Source: Verrucomicrobiota bacterium | GTDB lineage: Bacteria; Verrucomicrobiota; Verrucomicrobiia; Verrucomicrobiales; Verrucomicrobiaceae | Length of the DNA stretch: 49,136 nucleotides | Reading direction: 5' to 3' | NCBI GenBank assembly: GCA_046051905.1 | Contig: JBJONJ010000452.1 | Location: 1-49,136, forward strand | Shown: piece by piece, positions 8,558 through 18,764 of the stretch | How positions within the stretch are numbered: position 1 is the stretch's first letter | Layout of the letters: each line of letters begins with the position of its first letter | Notes under the pieces: model-generated | What the model saw: only the letters and a program-made list of their open reading frames with translations | Told to the model about the DNA's origin: nothing | Databases searched by the model: none | Made by a program: the position numbers and the translations under genes

Positions 8558-8983
8558 ATGCCTCTACGCCCCGTCTTTCTCACGGTCTTCTTCATCTGGA
8601 GCTCGCTCATCATCGGCCAGCTCCTTTTCATCTTTGTGCTCACCACCGATGCCAGCGAGCCAAAGGGAGAATCGAATGCCGACATCTTCGCTCTCGTGGC
8701 CGGAGTGAACGCGGCGCTGTCCTTTGTGCTCCGCCATGTCCTGCTCGGCGGCTTCGCCAAAGGCAAAGTGGCCATCGACACGCTTCCGGGGCAGAGCCTT
8801 TTCATCATCGGCAACGTCATCGTCTTTGCTCTCAGCGAGAGCCTCGGCGTCCTCGGCTTCGTCAACGGCCTCGGCAGCCCCGGCAAGGATGCCTGGCTGC
8901 CCTTCATCGGCGGCTCGATCCTGCTGCTGCTCATCCACATTCCATTGCCGTCGCGCTTCACCCCTGCCAAAAGGCACGCATGA
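8558..8983 (+). CDS. Small multi-pass membrane protein, unknown function
   Basis: 141 aa with about four hydrophobic segments; ATGA overlap with the next gene. Confidence 0.7.
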   Translation: MPLRPVFLTVFFIWSSLIIGQLLFIFVLTTDASEPKGESNADIFALVAGVNAALSFVLRHVLLGGFAKGKVAIDTLPGQSLFIIGNVIVFALSESLGVLGFVNGLGSPGKDAWLPFIGGSILLLLIHIPLPSRFTPAKRHA

Positions 8984-10050
8984 ACCGCTACTTCGACTTC
9001 AACGCCACCACCACGCTGCTCCCCGAGGCACGCGACGCCTGGCTGCGGGCAAGTGAGAAGCACTGGCACAATCCATCCAGCCTTTATCGCGACGCGGGCA
9101 TCGCCAGCCAGCATCTCGAATCGGCCCGCGAGCGACTGGGCACGTTGCTCGGCGTCGAGGCAGAGCGCATCGTCTTCACCAGCGGAGCCACGGAGGCGAA
9201 CAACTTGCTTTTTTCGGCCTACGCGGGCAAGACCACCGCCATCTCCACCATCGAGCACCCCAGTGTCCGCGAACCGGCGCGACACTGGACGAGCATGCAG
9301 GAGTTCGACGCGCATCAAACAATGCCGGAGGGCATGGCGCTCGTCTCCGTGATGGCCGCAAACAATGAAAGCGGTGAACTTTTGCCCTGGCAGGACCTCG
9401 CCGCGAGCTGTCGCGTCCGGAACATCTCATTTCACACCGATGCCACGCAATGGATCGGCAAGCTCCCGGCCGATTTCAGCACCTGCGATTATGTCACCGG
9501 CTCCGCGCATAAATTTGGCGGACCGAAGGGCACGGGCTTTCTGGTGCTGCGTAATGAGGACGAGTGCATCCGATTGCTCCGTGGCGGTCCGCAGGAAAAT
9601 GGACGCCGCGCCGGCACCGAGAACTATCCAGCCATCGAAGCCATGGTGACCGCTCTGGAGACCATCACCGCGAGAGGCTTGCCGATGGATGCCACCGGCC
9701 GTGATGCCTTTGAGAAGGTCATGCAGGCCAGTTTTGAAGGCCTGCGCATCATTTCCGCCGATCGTCCTCGTCTCTGGAATACCTCTCTCATGGTCATGCC
9801 GTGGCATGAGAACCTGAAATGGCTCACGCGGCTCTCGCGGCGCGGCTTCAGCATCTCCACCGGCAGCGCGTGCAGCTCTGGCAAAGAAGGCTCTTCGGTG
9901 GTCGTAACGGCCCTCGGGGCGTCGCCGGAGGAACTGCGCCGCGTGGTGCGTCTGAGTGGCGGCTGGGAGACATCGGTGAACGACTGGCTGGAGCTCGCGT
10001 CGGCCTTTCAAGAAGTGGGAGCGGAGCTCGACGCGGGCGGGAAGGGCTGA
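8980..10050 (+). CDS. iscS: Cysteine desulfurase (IscS/NifS, class V PLP enzyme)
   Basis: YFDFNATT, NPSS, FTSGATEANN, FHTDATQ, SAHKFGGPKG (PLP lysine), STGSACSSG (catalytic Cys). Confidence 0.88.
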   Translation: MNRYFDFNATTTLLPEARDAWLRASEKHWHNPSSLYRDAGIASQHLESARERLGTLLGVEAERIVFTSGATEANNLLFSAYAGKTTAISTIEHPSVREPARHWTSMQEFDAHQTMPEGMALVSVMAANNESGELLPWQDLAASCRVRNISFHTDATQWIGKLPADFSTCDYVTGSAHKFGGPKGTGFLVLRNEDECIRLLRGGPQENGRRAGTENYPAIEAMVTALETITARGLPMDATGRDAFEKVMQASFEGLRIISADRPRLWNTSLMVMPWHENLKWLTRLSRRGFSISTGSACSSGKEGSSVVVTALGASPEELRRVVRLSGGWETSVNDWLELASAFQEVGAELDAGGKG

Positions 10051-10101
10051 GCGCGGCATCTTGGCGCTTGGCGGAAAGCGCCGGACGGTTCACTGTGCAT
10101 C

Positions 10102-11289
10102 ATGGAACTCGCCCGACGCGTTGTCTTTGCCCTCATCATTCTCGCGATTGCCGCCGGCCTGTATTCGTATTCACGACAGGATGCCGACCGCTACGGCCTG
10201 CCGCAGCTTTTGAAGGGCGAAAAAGTCCCGGAGGACACGGGAGCCAGACTCGACCCCAACGATGCGCGCACCTTGATGCAGATGAACAACGCGTTCGCAA
10301 AGCTGGCCGAGACGGTGCTGCCCTCGGTGGTCAGCATCGCGACGCGGAAGGTGACGCCCGGCCAGGTCACCCTGCATCCCCTGCTCGGCCTGGTGGCAGG
10401 CCGCCATCAGGTCATCCCCGGCCTGGGTTCCGGGGCGATCATCAGCAAGGACGGTCTCGTCGTGACGAACTACCACGTCGTGGCCGATGTCTCCGAGCTG
10501 TCGATCACGACCAATGACAACCAGGTCTTCTCCGCGCAGGTGCTCGGCACCGATCAGGAGCGCGACATCGCCCTGCTGCGCATCGAGAGCGAGCGCAAAG
10601 ACTTCCCTGCCCTCTCGTTTGGCGACTCCGACAAGGTGAAGGTTGGCGAGATTGTCTTCGCCGTCGGCAATCCCTTCGGCCTCAGCGGCACGGTCACCCA
10701 AGGCATCATCAGCGCCCGCGACCGTCACCTCAGTGACAGCCAGATGGACTACCTGCAAACCGACACCGTCATCAATCCCGGCAACTCCGGCGGACCGCTG
10801 GTGGACATCCAGGGCAAGATCATTGGCGTGAACGTGGCCATTTATCGGGGGGATCAGAATGTGCATGCGTGGCAGGGCGTAGGCCTTTCCGTGCCGTCGA
10901 ATGGCGTGAAGATGGTCGTCGAGGCCATCCAGAAGGCCATCGAGCAGCGTGAGCAGGCACTACGCTCCGGAAAAAGCATGCTGGGGCGTGGTTACCTCGG
11001 CATCGAGGTGATCAGCGATCCCATCGAGATCAACGAGGTGTGGGGCACCTCCGCCACCGGAGCGCTCATCTCCCGCGTGGACGCGAACTCGCCCGCCGCC
11101 GTCGCCGGATTAAAGCCGGGGGATGTGGTGACCAAGTTCCAGGGCATGTCCTTCCGCATGCCGGCGGACCTGCTTCAAATCATCCGCACCCAGCCTCCGG
11201 GCTCCGTGGTGAAGCTCGAAGTCATCCGCAACAACCGCATGCGTGAAGTCCCTGCGAGACTCGGCGAACGTCCGGACGCGACGAACTAG
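10102..11289 (+). CDS. HtrA/DegP-family serine protease with one PDZ domain
   Basis: GSG..TNYHVV, DIALL, INPGNSGGPL catalytic triad; C-terminal PDZ (GYLGI..SPAAVAGLKPGDVV). Confidence 0.92.
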   Translation: MELARRVVFALIILAIAAGLYSYSRQDADRYGLPQLLKGEKVPEDTGARLDPNDARTLMQMNNAFAKLAETVLPSVVSIATRKVTPGQVTLHPLLGLVAGRHQVIPGLGSGAIISKDGLVVTNYHVVADVSELSITTNDNQVFSAQVLGTDQERDIALLRIESERKDFPALSFGDSDKVKVGEIVFAVGNPFGLSGTVTQGIISARDRHLSDSQMDYLQTDTVINPGNSGGPLVDIQGKIIGVNVAIYRGDQNVHAWQGVGLSVPSNGVKMVVEAIQKAIEQREQALRSGKSMLGRGYLGIEVISDPIEINEVWGTSATGALISRVDANSPAAVAGLKPGDVVTKFQGMSFRMPADLLQIIRTQPPGSVVKLEVIRNNRMREVPARLGERPDATN

Positions 11290-13613
11290 CGCCGCTCCTC
11301 GAATCGCACTGGCGGCAGGCCCGGCGCATCCGGCTTGATCGTCAACGTGGACGAAAACTCCAGCGCGATGCTTCCAAGCTCCTCGGTCAGCCACAGCGGC
11401 ACCTCGCGTTCCGCGCACCACGCGGCCAGCGTGTCCGGTGGCGGCGTGTGATCTCTTATGAAGCCGCGGCTGCCGCGAATGACCAGTCGGGGTCTCGCCG
11501 CATTCAAAAACTCGCGGGTGCCGCAGGCATCCGTGGCATGCTGGCTGGTGATGAGCACATCGCAACGCAGATCCTGGCCTGACTCCCGCAGGGCGTTCTC
11601 CGTGAGCCAGCCCGCGTCGCTCATCCAGAGCACCCGCCAGCCGTGCAGCACGGCCAGCAGCACCATCGCGCGATCATCCCCGCGCATCGAGCGGCTCGCA
11701 CTGGCCGGATGCAGGCAGGTGAGACTGGCATCGGTGCCGAGGGTGAACCGGTCTCCCGCCATCCACTTGGACAGTGCGGCACCGTCTTCCAAGCGGCGAA
11801 GGATCGTCTGGTGGGAATCATAGGGGCCGGGCTCCCGTGCGCTGCAAAAGAGCTCCGGCGTGCCAAAAACATCCCGCACCATCTCCACCGCGCCGATGTG
11901 CGCGGCATCGTTGTGGCTCAAGACGATGCCACGGAGCTTGTTCACGCCTTCATGACGAAGGTAACGATGCAAAACCGGCCGAAACCTGTCCTCCGGTCCG
12001 GTGTCGAGCAGCCAGTGCTCATCACCAGAGTGCAGATGATTGGCCGCGCCCCCATCCGGCATGGCCAGGACACGCCACACGATCTTTTCATCGTGAGACG
12101 CGGCGTGGGCATTCAAATGAAAATTGGCTCCGGGCAGACTGGAGAACCACGTCGCGGAAACCACCATCGCCTTGGCGAGGAACCAGTTCGCGTTGTTGAT
12201 GGCGATCTGCACACCACCGAGCTTCACCAGCGCGGCGAGGATGCTCATGCACGTCACCGCCAGTGCCGCGATGGAGAGCGGGACGAGCACGCTGTTCGCG
12301 ATCAATGCCACGGGCGTGACCGCTTGAAAGTGCAGCAGGATGAAGGGCAGACTGCCCAGCCATGCGGAGGCGGACACGCAGGCATTGCCGATCAACCAGC
12401 GGCGGACGCCCAGCGCCAGCGTGTGCCTCCAGGTGGCAAATTCGACCGGAAGGAACGGGTCCAGTTCCATCCACCTCGCCAGCGGGCTCATGAAAACGCC
12501 CGTGAGTGCCGCGATGGCCCACAGCACGCCGAACGAAAGCTGGAAGCCGGGCATGAAAAGCTGCTGCGTGTCCATCCCGAGGAGCAGCAGTGAGGCGAGT
12601 CCGAGATTGTTTTGCACGCCGGACTCCCGGTCCAAGGACGGGCCGCAAAACACCACCGCCACCATCAGAGCCGCCCGCGCCGCCGAGGGCCGCCAGCCGG
12701 TGATGAAAGCATACGCGAAGACGATCAGCACCATCACCCCCAAGGCCGCGCCACGCCGCAACCGGAGCACCTTCAGCACCTGCCAGGCGATCATCCCCAG
12801 CATCGCCACATGCAGGCCGCTCACCGCGAAGACATGCAGCGTGCCACTGTCACGAAACGCGTCCTCGATGTCGTCCTGCGCCTCGTCCGCCACACCGAGC
12901 GCCATCGCACGAATGACACCCGAGAGCCGTGGATCGTCATCAATGTCCAGCGTGAGCTGTTCACTGATCCAGCGCCGGCTTCTCTCCGCGGCATCGAGCA
13001 GGGCGCAGGTCCACACGGAGCCTTCACCGGGTTGCTTTTCGATTTTTGCCACCCTCATCTCGGCGGCGAAACCGCTGCGCAGGGCATGGTCCACCGCGTC
13101 GAAGGTGCCTGGAGCCTTCTTTCCCGTCGGCACACGCAGACGTCCGCTTAGCTGGTAGATGCCCGCGCCGGGAAATTCACGTTCGGAGGGCATTGAGACC
13201 TTCAATCGCACCGGCTGCGCCCACTCCGTGCCATCCTCCAGCACCACGCGACTTGCCTCACAGATGGCTTTTGGATTGTCAGGTGTGGACGCGGCATGAT
13301 CCGGAGTGAGGCTGCCTTCCACCACCGCGTCGAATCCGCCATGGTTCTCCAAAAGATGCAGACGCAGCGGATGTCTCCAGGTGCCGTCGAGGCTGGTCAC
13401 ATGCAGCGCGGCGAATCCGAGCAACGCCGAAGCAAAACCCAGCGTCTTGTTGGGACGCATCAAGGTCATCAGTATCACGCCAACGGTGGCGGGAAGAATC
13501 CACAGCCGCATCGCCGCCACATCCTGCTCGGCGAAAAGAATGCCGGTCACGCCGGCCACCGCCAGCGCCATCAGCGGGCAGGCGGCAAGCCATCGCTGAA
13601 GCACTTTTTTCAT
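11286..13613 (-). CDS. comEC: ComEC/Rec2 competence protein
   Basis: Competence domain FRDSGTLHVFAVSGLHV, PSAARAALM, GFQLSF; C-terminal metallo-beta-lactamase-like domain (LLDTG, LSHNDAAHIG). Confidence 0.9.
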   Translation of the reverse strand: MKKVLQRWLAACPLMALAVAGVTGILFAEQDVAAMRLWILPATVGVILMTLMRPNKTLGFASALLGFAALHVTSLDGTWRHPLRLHLLENHGGFDAVVEGSLTPDHAASTPDNPKAICEASRVVLEDGTEWAQPVRLKVSMPSEREFPGAGIYQLSGRLRVPTGKKAPGTFDAVDHALRSGFAAEMRVAKIEKQPGEGSVWTCALLDAAERSRRWISEQLTLDIDDDPRLSGVIRAMALGVADEAQDDIEDAFRDSGTLHVFAVSGLHVAMLGMIAWQVLKVLRLRRGAALGVMVLIVFAYAFITGWRPSAARAALMVAVVFCGPSLDRESGVQNNLGLASLLLLGMDTQQLFMPGFQLSFGVLWAIAALTGVFMSPLARWMELDPFLPVEFATWRHTLALGVRRWLIGNACVSASAWLGSLPFILLHFQAVTPVALIANSVLVPLSIAALAVTCMSILAALVKLGGVQIAINNANWFLAKAMVVSATWFSSLPGANFHLNAHAASHDEKIVWRVLAMPDGGAANHLHSGDEHWLLDTGPEDRFRPVLHRYLRHEGVNKLRGIVLSHNDAAHIGAVEMVRDVFGTPELFCSAREPGPYDSHQTILRRLEDGAALSKWMAGDRFTLGTDASLTCLHPASASRSMRGDDRAMVLLAVLHGWRVLWMSDAGWLTENALRESGQDLRCDVLITSQHATDACGTREFLNAARPRLVIRGSRGFIRDHTPPPDTLAAWCAEREVPLWLTEELGSIALEFSSTLTIKPDAPGLPPVRFEERR

Positions 13614-13628
13614 GGCACGCGTCGGGAA

Positions 13629-14267
13629 TCAGATGCTTGGCGCCGCCTTGGCCCGCTGCTCCTGGAGGAATTTGAACTCCGCCTGGTCCAACTCGGTAAT
13701 CTTGTGATGCGCGTTGGCGCTGTGGCGTGTGTTTGGATAGCTGGCAATGACCTGCTCCAGTGTCGCCCGCGCGGCGGTGAAATCGTGAAGGTGATTGGTT
13801 TGCACCTCCACCACACGGAAGAGCAGAAAGGCTCCGTCATCCACCGACCACTCGCGTCTTTGCAGATGATTCGTGAGCACCTGGATGGCCGTCTGCGGAT
13901 CACCGAGGCGCTCCGCGTGCACCTTGGCCATCTCCGCGGCGGGAAAAGGATCCTCCGGCTTCTCCTCGATCATCGCCTGGTAGTGCGCGAGAGCGCCTTC
14001 GAAGTCACCCTGCGAGATGCAGGCCGCGGCTTTCATGAGTCCATCCTGCTCAAGCTGCTCACCGGAGGAATACATGCTCTCGCCGATCGCATCGCCGATC
14101 CAGGGCAGCAGATACTTCACCGCCAGGATGCCGCCACCGCCGCCCAGCAGGATGAAGCCGACGAGCTTCATGCCGTCACTGGCCTGCATGATCCACCGGT
14201 AGAGAAGCAGACCGGCGATGGCAGCGAGAAGAACAACACAGATGCGGGTGATGAGCTGTTGGTTCAT
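13629..14267 (-). CDS. Membrane-anchored TPR protein
   Basis: Two N-terminal TM helices from the ATG at 14267 (MNQQLITRICVVLLAA), then TPR-like helices (GDFEGALAHYQAMI; AARATLEQVIASYPNT). Start chosen downstream of the track start. Confidence 0.75.
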   Translation of the reverse strand: MNQQLITRICVVLLAAIAGLLLYRWIMQASDGMKLVGFILLGGGGGILAVKYLLPWIGDAIGESMYSSGEQLEQDGLMKAAACISQGDFEGALAHYQAMIEEKPEDPFPAAEMAKVHAERLGDPQTAIQVLTNHLQRREWSVDDGAFLLFRVVEVQTNHLHDFTAARATLEQVIASYPNTRHSANAHHKITELDQAEFKFLQEQRAKAAPSI

Positions 14268-14345
14268 GAGGTCAAAAGATGACGAGAGGCTATCAAAACG
14301 TGTTTTTGCCGCCAAGAACGAAATCGCCCCAAATCAAGCAATGCA

Positions 14346-15356
14346 TCAATCCGCCCCAAACACCCGCACGCGGAGATCTCGCAAGGTGAAGATATCCTCT
14401 TTGGCCGCCTCCAGCCCTCGCATTCGCCTCGCTCCATCTTTGCGATGGGTGCCAAATCGCCCTCGTTTTGCCGCAAAGATCGCCTCCACATACCCGCGAC
14501 TCCCCATTACCGCCCCGTCCGTGAAGTAGCGCACCTTGCACCTCAACACCTCCGCCACCGGCAGCCGTCCTCCCTTTGAAAGCACCTTCTGCGCCTCCTC
14601 ACGGCTGATCTTGCCACCTGCCCTCCCCGCCTGCCCCCAGGTGAAAAGCAGCCTGCGGTAATGCTCAACATACCCCTGCTCCGGCCTTGCCCCCTGCAAC
14701 TGCGCCTTGGAGGCCACCTCCACTCCCCGTCTTGCCATCAGCACCCCGGCCACCGCCTGGGCATACCCGCACCAGCGGTAGTCCTTTGGGTCTTTGACCA
14801 GCCCGGCCCGCACGGGGTTGAAGTCGATGTAGGCTGCGGTCATCGCCAGCGCCTCCCCACCGCCCTCCACCAGCGTGCTCTTGTAGCGCTCCTCCCACAG
14901 CGTTCCCTTGCGCCCGTGCTGCTTGTTGAACCACTGGGTGAAGCGCTGCTTGAGCGTCTTCATGAAGCTGCTGATGTCCCACATGCGCGCCGTCCAGGAG
15001 TCGAGCACGCGCTGGGCCGCCTCGGGAGCGCCCGCCTCGCGGAGTTGCTGGAGCTGCACGCGCACGAGATGCGCGGTGGTCTTTCCGAGGGATCCTGAAA
15101 TGATACGCAAGACCTCGTCCTCCCCCGGCATGACCTCCGGGCGGCGCGGGACCTCGACGAGGAGGTGAAAGTGGTTGGAGAGCACGCAGAAGGTCACGAC
15201 GCGGACCTGGCAGAGCTTTTCATACATGCGCATGAGTCCGGTGAACATCTCACGCTCGGGCCTGTGGAGGACGAAGTCGCGGTTCACGACGCGGGAGACG
15301 CAGTGGTAGAAGGCGGTGGGATGATGGGCGGGAGCCTTGAGCCGGGGCTGGCGCAT
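14346..15356 (-). mobile_element. REP-associated tyrosine transposase (RAYT, IS200-like Y1 HUH)
   Basis: From the ATG at 15356: YHCVSRVVNR, FCVLSNHFHLLV (HUH), LWEERYKS, YIDFNPVRAG (catalytic Tyr and the RAYT NPVRAG motif), DYRWCGY. Confidence 0.88.
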
Positions 15357-15400
15357 GACGCGGCCTGTAGCCGGACCGCAAAAGGATGCAAGGGCATTCT

Positions 15401-15423
15401 GATAAAGGGACAGACCTTTTATC
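15401..15423. repeat. Hairpin just upstream of the RAYT gene
   Basis: GATAAAGGG-ACAGA-CCTTTTATC: 9-bp stem with one G-T pair. Confidence 0.45.
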
Positions 15424-15479
15424 GAAAACTTTGCGAGCCCCGTTTGCGGGAAATTGATCTGGGGCGACGTTTGGAGGGC

Positions 15480-16316
15480 ATGAAGATCGCACACTGTCAG
15501 TTTGAGGCATGGGCAGGGGACTTTGAGCACAACCTCACCCGTTTTGAGGAAGGACTGAAAAAGGCCGATGAGGCCGGAGCGAAGGCCGTGACCTTTCCCG
15601 AATGCTTTTTGACCGGTTACCCGGACACCGAGGAGCTGGCGCGGAAGGGTGCCTTCGCCGTCGAGTCGCCGCAGATGCGACGCGTGCTCGACATCACCGC
15701 CCGCCACGCCGCCGTGGCCATCGTGGGCTTCAACGAACTGCGCGGCGCTGATCTGTACAATACCGCCATCGTGGCGCATCACGGCCAGAACCTCGGCACC
15801 TACAGCAAATGCGCCGCCTACATGAAGTTTCACAAGCAGGGCCGTGAGTTCCCGGTGTGGGAGGTTGATGGCGTGAAGTTCGGCGTGCTCATCTGCGCCG
15901 ATGGCGGCTACATCGAGCCTGCCCGCATCCTCGCGCTCAAAGGCGCACGCATCATCTTCGCGCCACACTTCAACTACATCGGTGACAAGGGCCTCATCAG
16001 CCACTTCATGAAGGTCCGCGCCGATCACAGCGCCCGCGCCGTGGAGAACAGCGTCTATTTTGTGCGAGCGAACAACGTCGTGCTCGATCCCGCGAAGTCA
16101 GGCATCACCCGCAATGCCGGCATTGGCTATGGCGACAGCTACATCGTCGATCCCGCCGGCGAGATCATCGCCCGCACGCGGCGACAGGTGGAAGACTTCA
16201 TGGTCTGCGATCTCGACATGAGCTTCAAACAAGACAGCGCCTGGGGCTTGTCGAAGTCCGCGTGGAGCTTCCGTGAATTCGCTCCCTTTGTTGAAGCCGC
16301 GATGAAGGCTACTTGA
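15480..16316 (+). CDS. Carbon-nitrogen hydrolase (nitrilase superfamily)
   Basis: RBS GGAGG before the ATG at 15480; catalytic triad FPEC, YSK, LICAD; GDSYIVDPAG. Confidence 0.88.
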   Translation: MKIAHCQFEAWAGDFEHNLTRFEEGLKKADEAGAKAVTFPECFLTGYPDTEELARKGAFAVESPQMRRVLDITARHAAVAIVGFNELRGADLYNTAIVAHHGQNLGTYSKCAAYMKFHKQGREFPVWEVDGVKFGVLICADGGYIEPARILALKGARIIFAPHFNYIGDKGLISHFMKVRADHSARAVENSVYFVRANNVVLDPAKSGITRNAGIGYGDSYIVDPAGEIIARTRRQVEDFMVCDLDMSFKQDSAWGLSKSAWSFREFAPFVEAAMKAT

Positions 16317-17181
16317 GCCCTTTGGCGATGGCTTGCGCCTCCTCGATAAAGGCTTCACCCAGAGGCGACAGGCGGCCGATCCACATCACGCCGAAAGCTA
16401 AGGAGGGAAAATCATCCAGCGGCAACACACGCACCCCCGCAGGAGCTTCCACACGCGGCATTTGCAGCGAGAGGCCGATGCCAAAGCCACTGGCGACGTA
16501 TCGCGCCACCGTATCGAGGCTGCCCACTTCCAGGCTCGTGATCCATTCCACACCATGCTGTCGCAGACCGGACTGGAACTCGCGCACGAGCGGATCGCTG
16601 GCGGTCAAAGCGATGAGCGGCGTCTCGATTCGCTCTTTTTCCCAAAGCTGCGCGGCACTCTTGAGGCTGCTTTTGGCCGGAACGAGCAGGCACATCGGCA
16701 GGCGGAGAAGCTCGCGTGTCTCCACATTCGGCGGCGGTTTGTCCGTGAGCGTGGAGAGGCCGATGTCGATCTCCTGCGCGGCCACAAATTGCTCGATCTG
16801 CTGCTGGCGGCCATCGGTGAGCGTGAAGTGAAAGCCTTCCACACGCCGCTGCATGCGAGCGCACAGCTCCGGCAGATACTCACGCTGCACGATTTCCGGC
16901 GCGGCGATGCGCAGCCGCGTTTCTCCACCGCCACGGATGCGGTCCGCCACATCGCCGAGGCCTTTGAAGAAGGGCGCGATGTGATCATAAAGAAGCTGTC
17001 CCTCACGAGTGAGCTGAAACGGCCGCCGCTGGTAGAGCGTGACGCCAAGCACATCCTCCAACTGCAAAATCTGGGCGCTGATGGCTGGCTGCTGAATGCC
17101 GTAGGGCATCTGCCGGGCCGCCGCGCTCACGCCGCCGTGCGTGGCCACATAATAAAAGAGCTCGAGGTGATGGACGTTCAT
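16309..17181 (-). CDS. LysR-family transcriptional regulator
   Basis: N-terminal HTH HLELFYYVA..VSAAA..QPAISAQILQLEDVLG..LTREG; 290 aa. Confidence 0.92.
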   Translation of the reverse strand: MNVHHLELFYYVATHGGVSAAARQMPYGIQQPAISAQILQLEDVLGVTLYQRRPFQLTREGQLLYDHIAPFFKGLGDVADRIRGGGETRLRIAAPEIVQREYLPELCARMQRRVEGFHFTLTDGRQQQIEQFVAAQEIDIGLSTLTDKPPPNVETRELLRLPMCLLVPAKSSLKSAAQLWEKERIETPLIALTASDPLVREFQSGLRQHGVEWITSLEVGSLDTVARYVASGFGIGLSLQMPRVEAPAGVRVLPLDDFPSLAFGVMWIGRLSPLGEAFIEEAQAIAKGLK

Positions 17182-18722
17182 TTGCCGGGGAAGATTGGGA
17201 TGACCTTGTTGATGAGGTCGGTGCCGGTTTTGACGCCTTCTTCCAGCGTCTTCGTGGTGCCGTTGATGATGGCTCCGGGCAGCTTCGCAGCGTCTTCACC
17301 GAGCACGGGCTTCAAAAGCGTGTCGCTCGCCTGGTTCACGATGGCTCCGGGTGTGTCGAGCAGCAGAGACATGCCCGCCGCGCCGAGCAAACGCGAGCTC
17401 AAATCCTCCTGAGGAGCCGTGCGAGTGCCCGCGACCTTCACGCGAGCCCAATTCAAGCCCGGTGGCCCTTGCGGGTTCGATTCGATGAAGACGCGATTTT
17501 GCGCTCCCGGAAGCCAGCGGAGGGTTTCCGGCGTCACGCCGACCATGAAGTGACCTTCGATGGCATCGCCCGGCAGCAGCGTGAGTGTGCCTTCGAGACG
17601 CATCAGGCCGTTGGATTGAATCACAATCTTCTCCAGCCGCGTGCCGCCGCTGCTGTGCGGGCTCACCGAGGCCGTGGCGATGTCCAGCGCAAGGCGTTTG
17701 AAGCGCTCCATGCGCGTGTAAGTGGCCAGCTTGTCAAGAATGGGCAGTGAGGAGAGCACACCATCCTTCAGCACCACATCCGCCTTCCAGTTCATCGGCT
17801 GGCCTTTGGCTCCCGAAAGCTCCGCATCGCCTTCAACATGCCCCGTAAGATGCTTTTGCCATTCCTCACTCAGAAACTCCGCTGTCGGCACCTGCTCGGC
17901 ATGCGCGAACATCTGCCACTCGCCGCCAAAACGCACGTTCCCACGCAACGTGCCCTTGCTGCGATCCTTCCAGCGCAGCGTGGAGTCGGTGATTTGAAGT
18001 TTCTCATCCGTCAGGCGGAAGCTGCCTCGGCCAATGTCGAGCTTCAGCGGCTCTTTTTGACCCGGCGGCGTCACCGGCATGCGCAGCGTGCCGCCCTCAA
18101 TCGTGCCGGGGACTGAAAAGCGCCCCTTCCCTGTCGAAGCGCTGTTGTAGCTGCCGAGGTGCAGACGCGCCTCCTCGACCTGCCAGCCGTTCTGCGAGTA
18201 GGAAAAGCGTTCCACGTCGAAACCATCCACCTCGGTGGTTTTCGGGATGTACTGGCTCAACCAGCCCGGCAGCGCATTTTCAGTCACAGACGACTCTTCC
18301 GACCGCGGCAACGCTTTGTCCGCTGGATGCTTGGTGACGATCAATGAATCCGCTCCCGCACTCTGAATGCTCCACGATCCGCGGCGGATGGCGCTGAAGT
18401 CCAGCGCGGCATGCAAGCCGACCGCCTCGATCTGCAAACCAGAGGCCGTTTCGATGCTCGCCTCGCTCATCCGTGCCGCGTCGTCCTGCCATTGAATCTC
18501 CGACAGCCTCGCGGAGCCGCCCGTTTTCGCCTCGACCATCTCCTCGATTTCGACGCGGAAGCCCTCGCTGCGCATAAAGCTCTGCAAATAGCCGACCACC
18601 AGCGCCGGCATGGCCATCACGACCACGATCACTCCCACGATGAGCAACCCCACGAGCCACACGAGCCATCGAAAGGGCGGTTTACGTCGTTGAAGAGGGC
18701 GGCGGCGCGTCATGGCGGCCAT
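17178..18722 (-). CDS. AsmA-like membrane-anchored protein
   Basis: N-terminal TM anchor followed by a long beta-rich region, as in AsmA/TamB-like proteins; start codon uncertain (18713, 18722 or 18749). Confidence 0.55.
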   Translation of the reverse strand: MAAMTRRRPLQRRKPPFRWLVWLVGLLIVGVIVVVMAMPALVVGYLQSFMRSEGFRVEIEEMVEAKTGGSARLSEIQWQDDAARMSEASIETASGLQIEAVGLHAALDFSAIRRGSWSIQSAGADSLIVTKHPADKALPRSEESSVTENALPGWLSQYIPKTTEVDGFDVERFSYSQNGWQVEEARLHLGSYNSASTGKGRFSVPGTIEGGTLRMPVTPPGQKEPLKLDIGRGSFRLTDEKLQITDSTLRWKDRSKGTLRGNVRFGGEWQMFAHAEQVPTAEFLSEEWQKHLTGHVEGDAELSGAKGQPMNWKADVVLKDGVLSSLPILDKLATYTRMERFKRLALDIATASVSPHSSGGTRLEKIVIQSNGLMRLEGTLTLLPGDAIEGHFMVGVTPETLRWLPGAQNRVFIESNPQGPPGLNWARVKVAGTRTAPQEDLSSRLLGAAGMSLLLDTPGAIVNQASDTLLKPVLGEDAAKLPGAIINGTTKTLEEGVKTGTDLINKVIPIFPGK

Positions 18723-18764
18723 GCTAAGCGGGTGATTACCGGCTGGCAAGAAGACCGCGCAGCC

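Noticed and set aside
15357-16028. N-terminal extension of the 560-aa RAYT ORF in the track
   Set aside because: It overlaps the nitrilase gene on the other strand; transposase similarity begins at the ATG at 15356.
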